A stretch of DNA of 64,000 nt. Origin: Malacoraja senta (taxonomy: Eukaryota). The notes under the pieces are model-generated. The model had not been told where the DNA came from. It ran no database searches and saw only the letters and a list, made by a program, of their open reading frames with translations. This document shows, in pieces, positions 52,060-64,000 of the stretch; the stretch's first letter is position 1; every line of letters starts with the position of its first letter. The DNA lies in contig JAXLNO010000129.1 in assembly GCA_038087875.1 (NCBI GenBank), positions 1 to 64,000 on the forward strand, given 5' to 3'. Made by a program: the position numbers and the translations under genes.

Positions 52060-53370
52060 CTGTGTGGTGGACCAGAGTGGGACTTTCACAGTGAATGGTA
52101 GGGTCCAGGGGAGTGTTGGAGATCAGAGGGATCTGGGAGTGCAGGTACATAGTTCCATGACAATGGCGTCACTGGTGGATAGGGTGGTCAAGAAGGCTTT
52201 CGGTACATTGGCCTTCATCAGTCAAGGTATTGAGTATAGAAGTTGGAATATATTCACAAAATCTAGATAAAAGCAATGGGTGACATTTCGACTCGAGAGC
52301 CTTATTCAATCCATAAACAGAACTGCCCTAGCAGACCCATTGTTTTTGCTTGCTCCTGTCCCACTGAATTAATTTCCACATACCTCAACTCCATCCTATC
52401 CCCCCCCCCCCTGGTCCAATCCTTCCCTACCTATGTCCAAGGCACCATTCACACCCTTCGTCTATTCAATTACTTCAGTTTTCCAGGCCCCACTCCCTTA
52501 TCTTGTTCTATGGATGTTCAGTCATTCTATACCTCCATCCCACACCAGGAACATCATAACGCCCTCTGTTTGTTCCTCGACCACAGAACCAGCCAATTCC
52601 CCTCTACCAACACTCTCCTCCACCTAGCAAAGCTTGTCACTTATTCTTAACAATTTCTCCTTCGAATCCAGTCTGAAGAAGGGTCTCGACCCGAAATATC
52701 CAGAGATGCTGCCTGTCCCCGCTGAGTTACTCCAGCATTTTGTGTTTATCTTTGGTTTAAACCAGCATCTGCAGTTCCTTCCGAAAATATAGAAGTTGGA
52801 ACGTTATGTTATAGTTGTACAAGGTGTTGGTGAGGCTGCACATAGAGTATTGTGTTCAATTTTGGTTACCCTGCTGCAGGAAGGATTTTATTAAGCTGGA
52901 TAGAGTGCAGAGAAGATTTATAAAGATCTTGCCAGGACTTGAGGGCTTGAGCTACAGGAAGAGGTTGGGCAGGCTAGGACTTTATTACCTGGAGCGCAAG
53001 AGGCTGAAGGGTGATCTGAGAGAGGTGTACCTAATTAAGAGGGGAATCAATAAGGTAAATTCACAGAGCCTTTTACAGAGTAGGGAATCAAGAACCAGAG
53101 AACATAGGTTTAAGGCGAGAGGAGAAAGATTTAATAGGAACCTGAGGGGCAACATTTTCATACAAAGGGTTGTGGGTCTATGGAATGAGCTGCCTGGGAA
53201 GATAGTTGAGGCAGATACTATAAAAATCATTTGGACAGGTACATGGGTAGGAAAGGTTTCGAGGGATATGGGTCAAATGCAGGCAGGTGGAACTGGTGTG
53301 GATGGGACATGTTGGTCGGTGTGGGCATTGGGCCAAAGGGCCTGAATTCTGTGCTGTATGACTCCATGAC
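52060..53370 (+). mobile_element. CR1 3' fragment interrupted by an internally deleted Penelope insertion (52249-52787)
   Basis: CR1 peptide ...FISQGIEYRSWN resumes after the insert. TATAGAAGTTGGAA is duplicated at 52235-52248 and 52788-52801. Confidence 0.85.
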
Positions 53371-53428
53371 TCTCTGACCCATAACAATTCAAGGGCAATT
53401 AGGGATGGATATGAAATACTTTCATTTA

Positions 53429-54458
53429 TCACAATGGCAGGCAGTGACTAGTGGGGTACCGCAAGGCTCAGTGCTGGGACTCCAGCTATTTACAATTTAT
53501 ATTAATGATCTGGACGAGGGAATTGAAGGCAACATCTCCAAGTTTGCGGATGACACTAAGCTGGGGGGCAGTGTTAGCTGTGAGGAGGATGCTAGGAGAC
53601 TGCAAGGTGACTTGGATAGGCTGGGTGAGTGGGCAAATGTTTGGCAGATGCAGTATAATGTGGATAAATGTGAGGTTATCCACCTTGGTGGCAAAAACAG
53701 GAAAGCAGACTATTATCTAAATGGTGGCCGATTAGGAAAAGGGGAGATGCAGCGAGACCTGGGTGTCATGGTACACCAGTCATTGAAAGTAGGCATGCAG
53801 GTGCAGCAGGCAGTGAAGAAAGTGAATGGTATGTTAGCTTTCACAGCAAAAGGATTTGAGTATAGGAGCAGGGAGGTTCTACTGCAGTTGTACAGGGTCT
53901 TGGTGAGACCACACCTGGAGTATTGCGTACAGTTTTGGTCTCCAAATCTGAGGAAGGACATTGTAGCCATAGAGGGAGTGCAGAGAAGGTTCACCAGACT
54001 GATTCCTGGGATGTCAGGACTTTCATATGAAGAAAGACTGGATAGACTTGGCTTATACTCGCTAGAATTTAGGAGATTGAGAGGGGATCTTATAGAAACG
54101 CACAAAATTCTTATGGGGTTGGACAGGCTAGATGCAGGAAGATTGTTCCCGATGTTGGGGAAGTCCAGGACAAGGGGTCACAGCTTAAGGATAAGGGGGA
54201 AATCCTTTAAGACCGAGATGAGTGGTGAATCTCTGGAACTCTCTGCCACAGAGGGTAGTTGAGGCCAGTTCATTGGCTATATTTAAGAGGGAGTTAGATG
54301 TGGCCCTTGTGGCTAAAGGAATCAGGGGGTATGGAGAGAAGGCAGGTACGAGATACTGAGTTGGACGATCAGCCATGATCATATTGAATGGCGGTGCAGG
54401 CTCGAAGGGCCGAATGGCCTACTCCTGCACCTATTTTCTATGTATCTATGTATCTATG
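53429..54458 (+). mobile_element. CR1 LINE 3' ~1 kb, young subfamily
   Basis: ORF 53405-54262 is near-identical to the 46.8-47.8 kb segment; (TATCTATG)n tail. Confidence 0.95.
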
Positions 54459-54489
54459 TGTGATGCCCACATGCCTAGAGTCTTAGAGT

Positions 54490-55165
54490 CTTAAGTAAGT
54501 AAGTTTATTGGCCAAGTATTCACAAACAAGGAATTTTCCCTGGTGCTCCGCCCACAAGTAACAACATGACATACAGTGACAGTTACGAATGACTCAGAAA
54601 ACACTAAATATTAATAATAATAAAACATTAATGCTAAAAGACCATTGATCAAGCATGTGAACCAACAAAATACCAGATCAAAGGGAGGCTACAGATTTTT
54701 GACTGTTGAGTAGAGCAACTACTCGTGGATAAATACTGTTTTTATGTCTGGCTGTGGCAGTTTTGACAGTCCGGAGTCGCCTTCCAGAGGGAAGTGATTC
54801 AAAGAGTTTGTGGCCAGGGTGAGAGGGGTCAGAGATGATCTTGCCCACTCGCTTCCTGGCCCTTGCAGTGTACATTTCATCAATGGAGGGAAGGTTGCAG
54901 CCAATAACCTTCTCTGCTGATCGGACGATTCGCTGCGGCCTCCAGGTGTCGTGCGTGGTGGCTGAGCCAAACCAGACCATGATGGAGAAGGTGAGAACAG
55001 ACTCTACGATGGCCGTGTAGAATTGGACCATCATTGCCTGTGGCAGATTGTGCTTCCTCAGCTGCCGTAGGAAGTACATCCTCTGTTGTGCTTTTTTGAC
55101 TGTGGAGTCGATGGTCGCCCCCCATTTAAGGTCCTTGGAGATGATGGTTCCCTTGAACTTAAAAG
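54490..55165 (-). mobile_element. Rex1/Babar-type LINE 3' fragment
   Basis: KKAQQRMYFLRQLRK...FYTAIVESVLTFSIMVWFG...DPSHPGHKLFESLPSGRRLR. Confidence 0.88.
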
Positions 55166-55741
55166 ATCTGGATCTAGACTCTCCCACCAGTGGAAACATC
55201 ATTTCCACATCCACTCTAACTATGCCTTTCATTATTCTGTAAGTTTCAATGAGGTCCCCCCTCAACCTTCTAAACTCCAGTGAGTAGAGGCCCAGTGCTG
55301 TCAAACGCTCATCATATGTATTTGGCCCATATCCCTCCAAACCTTTCCTATCGATGTATCTGTCCAAATGTTTTTTAAATGAATGAATCTCAAAATTAAA
55401 AATGGCTGCTCCTGATACTTTTGTTTTTGGCCTTTGCATTTATTTTTAATTGCTTTACAACTTATGCTTCCAGACCCTCTTTGTTCCACTTTTCCATTTT
55501 GATTCTACAGGGAGAGAAGAAGATTGGCTGCTGGTCATGTGTCTCCCACACCCTTGGTCCATTGAAGATGATGCCACTAAATGTACAAAGCTGAGCCCAT
55601 TAGCTGAGTCAAATATTTAGAGTGAAACAAAGCCAAATTCCTCCCCCTTATGTTACAAATAATATGTGACCTCCATATTTTACTTATTAAAATATTTGTA
55701 TTAAATAATTCAGTGTTTGGATTCAAAACCACAACTTCTAA

Positions 55742-56533
55742 AGCCCCTGTCCCACTTAGGAGACCGAAACAGCAACCTCTGGTGACCTTGCCCGCCACCC
55801 AAAAAAAAATCAAGGTCGAAGTGACCTGCAACCTCCTACCACCTCCCATGCATATGTTGAAAACCTTCCTCGACTCTGAAGAAAACCGGCTTTGACTAGA
55901 CCTGCGACTAAAAAATTATCGATTTGTAAAACGGCAACCTATTTTTTGTCGAGGCCCCTTTTAAACATGATGAAAAAATAGCAGCAACCAAGATGAAGTC
56001 TCGACCACACGGAAACCACTTTCGACCATTAGGGAGAGTGCCCAAAACTTCCGGTGACCTCATGGAAACCTTGGGTGGCGTGCAAGGTCACCAGAGGTGG
56101 TACAAATATTGACCTTTGGAAAGCCCCAGTCTTCTCCATCTGACATCCTGTCCCACTTAGAAGACCTAAACAGCAACCTCTGGTGACCTTGCCCGCCATC
56201 CAAGGTTTCCATGAGGTCACCGGAGGTTTTGGTCACTCTCCCTAATGGTCGAAAGTGATTTCCGTGTGGTCGAGGCTTCATCCAGGTTGCTGCTACTTTT
56301 TCATCATGATTAAAACCGGCCTCGATTAAAAATAGGTTGCCGTTTTAAAAATCGATAATTGTTTTGTTGCAGGTCTAGTTGAAGCCAGTTGCGATGCTAA
56401 TCGAGGAAGGTTTTCAACATATGCGTGGGAAGTGGTAGGAGGTTGCAGGTCACCTCGACCTTGATTTTTTTTTTGGGTGGTGGGCAAGGTCACCAGAGGT
56501 TGCTGTTTAGGTCTCCTAAGTGGGACAGGGGCT
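55742..56533. mobile_element. Inverted dimer of a ~400 bp PIF/Harbinger-like MITE forming an ~790 bp palindrome
   Basis: Outer ends AGCCCCTGTCCCACTTAGGAGACC and GGTCTCCTAAGTGGGACAGGGGCT. 55742-56100 is the reverse complement of about 56170-56533; a third terminus lies at 56122-56200. Confidence 0.8.
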
Positions 56534-56649
56534 TTATTTACTCCCTCAGTTTTGACTGCACATTTGTGTTTTCAAATCACCTTTAATCTATTGTAGGTTC
56601 TTCAAAGCATTTTGTAAATCTAGATAAATTACATCTACCATGTTACCCT

Positions 56650-56862
56650 GAAGATAGAAACAAAATGCTGGAGTAAGTCAGTGGGTCAAGCAGCATCTCT
56701 GGAGAAAAGGAATAGGTGACATTTTGGGTGGAGACCTGAGGGTCGAGAAGAAGGGTTTCGACCCGAAACGTCACCCACTCCTTTTCTCTAGAGATGCTGC
56801 CTTACTTGTTGAGTTGCGCCAGCATTTTGTGTTTATCTTCAGTGTAAACCAGCATCTGCAGT
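56650..56862. mobile_element. Fold-back Penelope pseudo-LTR pair
   Basis: Inverted arms with a degenerate hammerhead core (GAGAAGA-A-GGGTTTCGACCC-GAAACGTC). Confidence 0.75.
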
Positions 56863-59800
56863 GATAGAAGTGTGAAAACACACACCACCAGATTCGGGGA
56901 CAGTTTCTTCCCAGCTGTTATCAGGCAACTGAATCATCCTACCACAACCAAAGAGCAGTGCTGAACTACTATCTACTTCTTTGATGACCCTCGGACTAGC
57001 TTTGATCAGACTTGCTGGCTTTAACTTGCACTAAACGTTATTCGCTTATCATGTATCTATACACTGTAAATGGCTCGATTGTAACATGCATTGTCTTTCT
57101 GCTGACTGGTTAGCAGACAACACTTTTCACTGTAGCTCGGTACCAGTGACAGTAAACTAAACTGAACTAAACTGAACAGGGAAAGGAAAAATGTAGAGGG
57201 ACATAGGCCAAACGCAAGCAAATGAGACGAGGTTAGATGGGACATCTTGGTCGGCATTGACAAGTTGGGCCAGTTTCCGTGCTGTCTGACTTTAGGACTC
57301 TTGGAGGCTGATTTATTTTATAATTATCTTTAATTAAATAACAATGTAATATCTAATCGCATCCTTTAATGCCATAGGTGTCTGATCATACCAATAATTA
57401 GATGAAGAGTCAATTAAGGCGAATAAATTTTGGTGCTCAAATTGAAGGGAAAGCTGACTACCACAGCCTGTCTGGTTACCACCTGCTGCCTGTCCCCATT
57501 GAGTTACTCCAGCATTTTGTGCCTATCTTTGGTGTAAACCAGCATCTGCAGTTCCTTCCCACCACCACCTGATCCATGCACATGCATCTGTCGCATGCTC
57601 AAGTTCACACGTTATAGGAGAAGAATTAGGCCATTCGGCCCATCAAGTCTACTCCGCCATTCAATCATGGATGATCTCTGCCTCCTAATCCCATTTTCAT
57701 GCCTTCTCCCCATAACCCTGGACACCCATGCTGTCACACACAGTCACATAGACACAGCTCCTTTGATCAAAGTGAAGTAAAGCAGGTTGATGGATACATA
57801 TTTGCTTTTGGATGGATACAAAATTAATCTCAGCAATATTTTTTGGGATCAACCTGGATTATACCAGCATTTCACTGAGTTCCAGGAAATATTTAATTCA
57901 TTTAAAAAAAAAGCCTTTTGAAGTGCAACCAAACCTTCAAAGTTCCATAGAAGTGTGTATTTGTCAAATGGATGAAAGACGTTGCTGGAGAGATACCAAC
58001 CTTGTCCGTCACACATCGGCGTTTGCCCCGCCCGCTAAGCAACACTTATCCCGAGTTCTTCTGGTTTATTTTGTTACAAATTGACCAAATCGTTAGTCAC
58101 TTCCTCGTTGCAGGAAGGCCAAGACGTTCCAATGTTCTATGAGCAATCCTAAATCAAAATTAATGTTCGCACAAAAATAAATCTCAACCTTATTTGCTTT
58201 GTCGGGAAAGAGCTGGGAATGTCAAGGATACAGCGCAGATGGAGCTTTTGTTGGATCTGTATGTCGAAATTTACGCCAAGTCATTTTAAACGTATTAGAA
58301 CAATTATCTTTACATTGGCTTGTGCTCCCCAACCCACATTGTGCAAGCAGGGAATCATTCCATCTCTATCAGAAGCCAGATTCACTTGTCACTTCAAGTA
58401 CTATTTAGTACCACAAGTATTTCTGCTGACAGCAGGCTCTTGGAGAAGTAAAGAGCTAATTGAAGATATCCTCGGAGAACATTTCTTTCGGAGCAGCTGA
58501 TGTAACTTTGGGTGCCAGGGGTTATGGGGAGAAGAGCGGGAGAATGGGGTTGAGAGGGAAAGATAGATCAGCCATGATTGAATGGCAGAGTAGATCTGAT
58601 GGGCCGAATGGGCCTAATTCTGCTCCTATCACTTATGAACATAACATTTTAGCATTTACATCTTATAATCACCCACTCGTGCTGCATAATGTGCAATTAA
58701 TCAATGAGATTAATTGATTGAAACTTCTCTTTTGTCTCGACCTTACACAATCGGTAAAGACACAATAAATCAAGAAATCTGCAGATGCTCGAATTCTGAA
58801 ATAGGAACAACATTGCTGGAAAGACTCTGGAGGTCAGGGAATATTGGCGGAAGCAGAGCTAATGTTTCAGATCTTTCTGGACCTTAATTTTTGTGTCAAC
58901 ATTCATTGTGATTTAGGATTGCTTACAGAATATTAGAATGCTTTGGCTTGAAATATTAAATATGTTCCTCTTTCCTCGTTTGCTGCCCTGACTTGCAATG
59001 TACAATCATGGGCCCCCTTTTATTTTCTAAGTACGAACGACATTTGGCAGCTCTTCAGTCATTGGAAAACTGCAATTTCCTGATGATTCCCAAAAGCAAA
59101 TCTATAAATGTCAAATCCCAAAATATCACCCATTCCTTCTCTCCACAGATGCTGCCTGTCCCGCTGAGTTACTCCAGCATTTTGTGTCTATCTTCGGTGT
59201 AAACCAGCATCTGCAGTTCCTTCCTGCACATACAGCAAATCTATAATGATACATACAATTATAACAAGGTCTTGACACCTAATGGCTGGCTCTTTCAAAG
59301 GGCTTAATTCTATGTTGTGAAATTCTATGAACTTCATCAAAGCAGGAACTTTTGCACACCATTGTAAAGAATCCTACACTGTGGAGTGATATTCTCCATG
59401 TTTAGGTTTAACTTTATTATTATCACGTGTGCCGAGGTACAGTGACAAGCTTTGTGTAGCATGCTATCCAATCAGATCAGATAATACTACACATAACTAT
59501 AAGCAAGTCAAACACAGGTACAATAGGGAGAGTAAAAGGGAAGATACAGCGTGCATTATATAGTTCTCAGTATTGTAGCCCATCAGTTCCACAGACAAAG
59601 TCCAATTGTCTCAATGGGATAGAGGTGAATTCTACCTAGCTTATGGAAGGACTGTTCAGAAGCTCGAAAACAGAAGGGAAGAAGCTGTTCCTGAGTCTGG
59701 TAGTGCACCCTTTCAGGCTTCTGTAACTTCTGCTTGACAGGAGAGGGGAGAAGAAGAATGATTGAGGAAGGACAGGTCTTTGATTATGTTGTGTATGAAG

Positions 59801-60926
59801 GAACTGCAGATGCTGGTTTCCACCAAAGATAGAAACAAAATGCTGGAGTAGCTCAGCAGGACAGGCAGCATCTCTGGAGAGAAGGAATGGGTGACATTTT
59901 TGGTTGATACCCTTCTTCGGACTGTTTTGTGTTGGCTGGTTTACCGAGGCATCATGAAATGTAGATGGGGTGGGGAGTTTGGTTTATGTGGTGCACTGGG
60001 TTACATCCACAACTCTCTACAATTTCTTTCAGTCTTAGTCCAATCTTCTCCCAAACAGCTGTGATGCAACCCAACTGTATGCTTTCCATGATGCATTTGT
60101 AGATGTTAGTAAGAACCATTAGAGTCACGTGAGCCTTGACTCTGAGAATAGACGAATATTCTCGCGTATTCGTTTTTATTTAAATTAATTTTCTTCTAAG
60201 ATTGACCAGAATACATATTATATTCTATAATTGTGCATGAACCCCACTTGCCCAACTCCATCAGAACTACTCTACAACAAATCTCCAATTTATTGAGATG
60301 AACAGGGAGATCTTCTGTTTGCTCAATGAAGAAGCAAAAAAGATGTTTTACCTAGATTTTAAAACATCTGGATATACTTTGTGAGCTTGTTTACTTGCCC
60401 ATTGCAAGTAACTGGAAACAGATCAGTGCAGCAAGGAGATCCTGGAAATGCCTGTGTTTGGAGATGAGGTTCAGTGACAATGGTATTTTTGATCTTGGCA
60501 AATAACAATGTAATTGCTTTCACATCATTCCACACCATTTCACAGCTGTTGAAGGACTCTTTCACAGAGTCATAGTCATACAGCACGGAAACAGGCCCTT
60601 GAGCCCAACTTAGCCACACCAACCAACATGCCCCATCGGCACTAGTTTCACATGTCTGCGTTTGGCCCATATCCCTCTGAACCTGTCCTATCCATGTACC
60701 TGTCTGAATATTTCTTAAATGTTCCAATAGTCCCTGCCTCAACTACCTCCTCCGGCAGCTCGTTCCATGCACCCACCACCCTTTGCGTGAAAAAGTAACC
60801 TTTCAAGTTCTTATTAAATCTTTCCCACCTCACCTTAAATCTTTGTCCTCTGGTTCTTGATTCCGCTACTCATGAGAAGAGAACCTGTGCGTCTACCCGA
60901 TCTGTTCCTCTCATGATTTCCAATGT

Positions 60927-61110
60927 ACTGTTACAATGTAGGAAGCACCGGAGGCAAATTACACAAAGTAAGCTCCCATAAATAGCTGTGTAATGATGAC
61001 TGTTTTAGTGATGTTGATTGCAGATTAGTTATTGACCAGGAAGCCTGGCCTCCCTACTCTACTTCAAATCTGGAATCGATGTAGTGTTCTGGCATCTTTT
61101 GCAAAGGTAG
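60927..61110 (-). mobile_element. Old DeuSINE-like (SacSINE1-type) relic
   Basis: Resembles my recollection of the shark Deu-domain SINE (gttacaatgtaggaa...ctcccataaatagc...gtgatgttgattg...tattgaccagga). Not verified by alignment. Confidence 0.4.
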
Positions 61111-61173
61111 AACTTTAGTTCAAAACATTGGTAGAGAAAAGAATGGAGCTAGAGATCGGCCATCATCTTGATG

Positions 61174-61361
61174 AAACAAAAAGATGCAAAATGCTGGAGT
61201 AACACAGTGGGTCAGGCAACGTCTCTGGAGAACATGGATAGGTGACATTTTGGATCGGGACCTTTCTAAACTGTTCTCCAGAGATGTTGCCTGACCCGCT
61301 GAGTTGCTCCAGCACTTGATGTCATTTTTTGTGAACCAGCTTCTGCAGTTTCTTGTTTCTA
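61174..61361. mobile_element. Fold-back Penelope mini-insertion with TSD
   Basis: CAT(C/G)ATCTTGATG duplicated at 61161-61173 and 61362-61374; inverted arms. Confidence 0.75.
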
Positions 61362-62982
61362 CATGATCTTGATGGATGCTGGAGCGGGTGTGAGGAGGCA
61401 GATGGAAACACCTGCTCTGAATTCCTGAGCTCTTGTGTTTCCTCATCAGTCTGCAAGACCATCGGGCTAGATTTGTCTGTTCAAGGTTCTGGAATGCAAC
61501 TCAAACCTATAACTCTGCAACTACAATTTCTCTTCACCCCATTTCCCCCCTCTGTTATCAGGCTACAGAATGGTCCTGCCATAAGCTAGGGTACTGTCCT
61601 ATTCACCTCTACCCCATTGTGTACATTGGACTTGGTCCCTGAAACTGATGCACTACAATGCTGAGAACTATATTCTGCTCTCGGCATCTTCCCCTTTGCT
61701 CTACCTATTGTACTTGATTGTATTTATGTATAGTATTATCTGATTTGATTGGATTGCATGCAAAACAAAGCTTTTCACTGTAACTCAGTACATGTGACAC
61801 TAATTAAACCAAACCTTAATCTGAGCAAAAATAAGCATTACCCATTGAACCGCAGCTCACAGTTTGAGCTACTTTGAATGTCCTCCTTACCAGGTCTTCC
61901 ATATATAAATACTGTACTCTCTAATTGAAAAAACATTGCCTCCATTTTAAGATTAATTAGACTGAATGGCCTAATTCTACTCCTACCCCTTATGACCTTT
62001 CAAGAGAGAGCTAGATAGGGCTCTTAAATATAGTGGAGACAGGGGATATGGGGAGAAGGCAGGAACAGGGTACTGATTGGGGATGAGCAGCCATGATCAC
62101 ATTGAATGGCGGTGCTGGCTCGAAGGGCCGAATGGCCTACTCCTGCACCTATTGTCTATTGTCTATTGTCTATTGACCTTAACACCGTAGAAACTATTAA
62201 CAAGGCATAATTAGAATGGTGCTGCTCCCAGGAAAGACCGCTGGGTTTAATATCTTGCCATGAACATAGTTAGAAAAATATTCCCATCCTTCCTACTTCA
62301 AAGTACATGTTTGATTAACTGCCTCAGAAGATAAACAATTTGCCTGGGTTAGAAGAAGCTGCATTTCCATGCTATCAAATATTATTATTTCTTTATACAA
62401 GATCAACCGATCAGATGAGAAGAGGCCCTTCAGCCCAACCTGTCCATGGCCACAAAGCTGTCTAAACTGGGCTAGTCCCATTTGCCTACATTTGGCCCAT
62501 ATCCCTCTAAGCTGCAGATGCTGGTTTACAGAAAAGGACACAAAGTGCAGCAGAAACTCAGCGGATCAGGCCGTATCTCTGGAGGACATGATTAGATAAT
62601 GTTTCGGGTCGGGACACTTCTTCAGAGTGACCAGTCACCTCTCCATGTTCTTTGTGTCCTTTTCCCTCCAAACCCTTCCTATAGACATCTTTTCTAATTG
62701 TATCCACTTCTATAGCTTTTCCAGAAAAGTGTTCCCCAATTGTATTGAAACTCCTCAATGCCCTAACATTGCAATGGGAATGTTTAAACTCTCTTTTAAT
62801 GTTTTTTTGTGAGCCAATTCATTAATCTATCATATTTTCTGATCTTGTAACGAGGCAGGGAGAAGATGTTTGCGTAATATTTCTGCTAATCAAGTCTGGT
62901 GCCATATTACTGGAACCAACTAAGATTCATTTTCTGTGCACAATTTACAACTATCCTCCTCACAGCTTTTACCTGGAGAAAT

Positions 62983-63303
62983 TTAGTTTTGTTTAGTTTA
63001 GAGATACAGTGCGGAAACCGGCCCTTCGGCCCACCGAGTCCCCGTCAAGCAGCGATCCCTGCACATTAACGCTGCCCTATACACGCTAGGGACAATTTAC
63101 ACCTACACCAAGCCAATTAACCTACAAACCAGTACGTCTTTGGAGTGTGGGAGGAAACCGAAGATCTCGGAGAAAACCCACGCGGTCACGGGGAGAATGT
63201 ACAAACTTCGTACAGACAGCACCCGTAGTCGAGATCGAACCCGGGTCTCCGGCGCCGCAAGCGCTGTAAGGCAGCAACTCTACCACTGCGCCACCATGCC
63301 ACC
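62983..63303 (-). mobile_element. V-SINE, full length
   Basis: Minus strand A box TGGCGCAGTGG, B box GGTTCGATCT, core and tail. Confidence 0.82.
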
Positions 63304-64000
63304 CAAACGACCCACTTTTACTGGATAAAGTTACTACAGTTTCTATTTCTTCTTTTAAAATAGATTGTTTTTTTAATAAGTTGATTGTGGTTTGCTGTGA
63401 ATCTTGTGTTCGCACCTCTTTTAACTCATTGGCAGAATTGTGTTGCAAATCAAAATCATTTCACTTAATGTTTTCATCAAAGGTTTGGTTTATTGTAATT
63501 GTTGCATGTACCATGATACAATGATAAACTGTTTGTTTTCAATCTCTTCAAATCGTACTCTACATGAGTGCAATCAACCCGTACTCATGTACAACATGTG
63601 AAAAACATCAGAGTGCATTGTTACAGCATTATAGTGTCACAGTTACAGAGAAGTGTTACAGTTACAGACAAAGTGCAGATTAAAAAAAGTGCAAGGTCTT
63701 CATGAGGTAGATTGGGAGATTGGGACTAATCTGGTTTATGATTTATGGGTTTATCGTCTGAGAACAGCAGGGGTCAAAACGTACTCCTGAATACGATGGT
63801 AAGTGTGTTTTCAAGCTATTGTAACTTTTGCCTGAGGGGACAAGAGAGGATGTCGGGGGTGAAAACAATCCTCGGTTATGTTGGCTGCTTTCTCGAGGCA
63901 GCATGAAGTGTAGATGGAGTCGATGTTGGGAAAACTGGCGATGGACAAGGCTAATCACAACCCACTGGAGTTTCTTGCCGTCTTGTACCTATTGTCAAAA

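Noticed and set aside
54678..55439. Apparent CR1-Rex1 fusion protein ORF (253 aa)
   Set aside because: Chance in-frame juxtaposition of separate 3' LINE fragments; no promoter or complete domain.
58199..58500. Short overlapping ORFs in unique sequence
   Set aside because: No consistent splice signals or recognisable motif.

Overview
Vertebrate nuclear DNA, almost certainly a cartilaginous fish (probably a skate or ray, inferred from HE1/V-SINE-type SINEs with CR1-derived tails). It is not prokaryotic: there are no operons, CRISPR arrays or rRNA/tRNA genes. Most of the window is nested transposable elements: one near-full-length CR1 LINE (esterase ORF1 plus APE-RT ORF2, 43.7-47.9 kb) with younger and older truncated copies; Penelope-like (GIY-YIG) elements; Rex1/Babar-type 3' fragments; about 20 tRNA-derived V-SINEs; and non-autonomous DNA elements (PIF/Harbinger-like MITEs, a hAT-like element, a Kolobok-like element, and a Helitron carrying satellites). 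The most interesting signal is a dispersed set of short Penelope-derived terminal repeats with a minimal hammerhead-ribozyme core (CUGAnGA-stem II-GAAACGUC). Several form fold-back mini-insertions with their own 11-14 bp target-site duplications. No host gene can be named; a few weak exon candidates lie in the unique gaps. All family names come from recognising motifs by eye, not from database searches.
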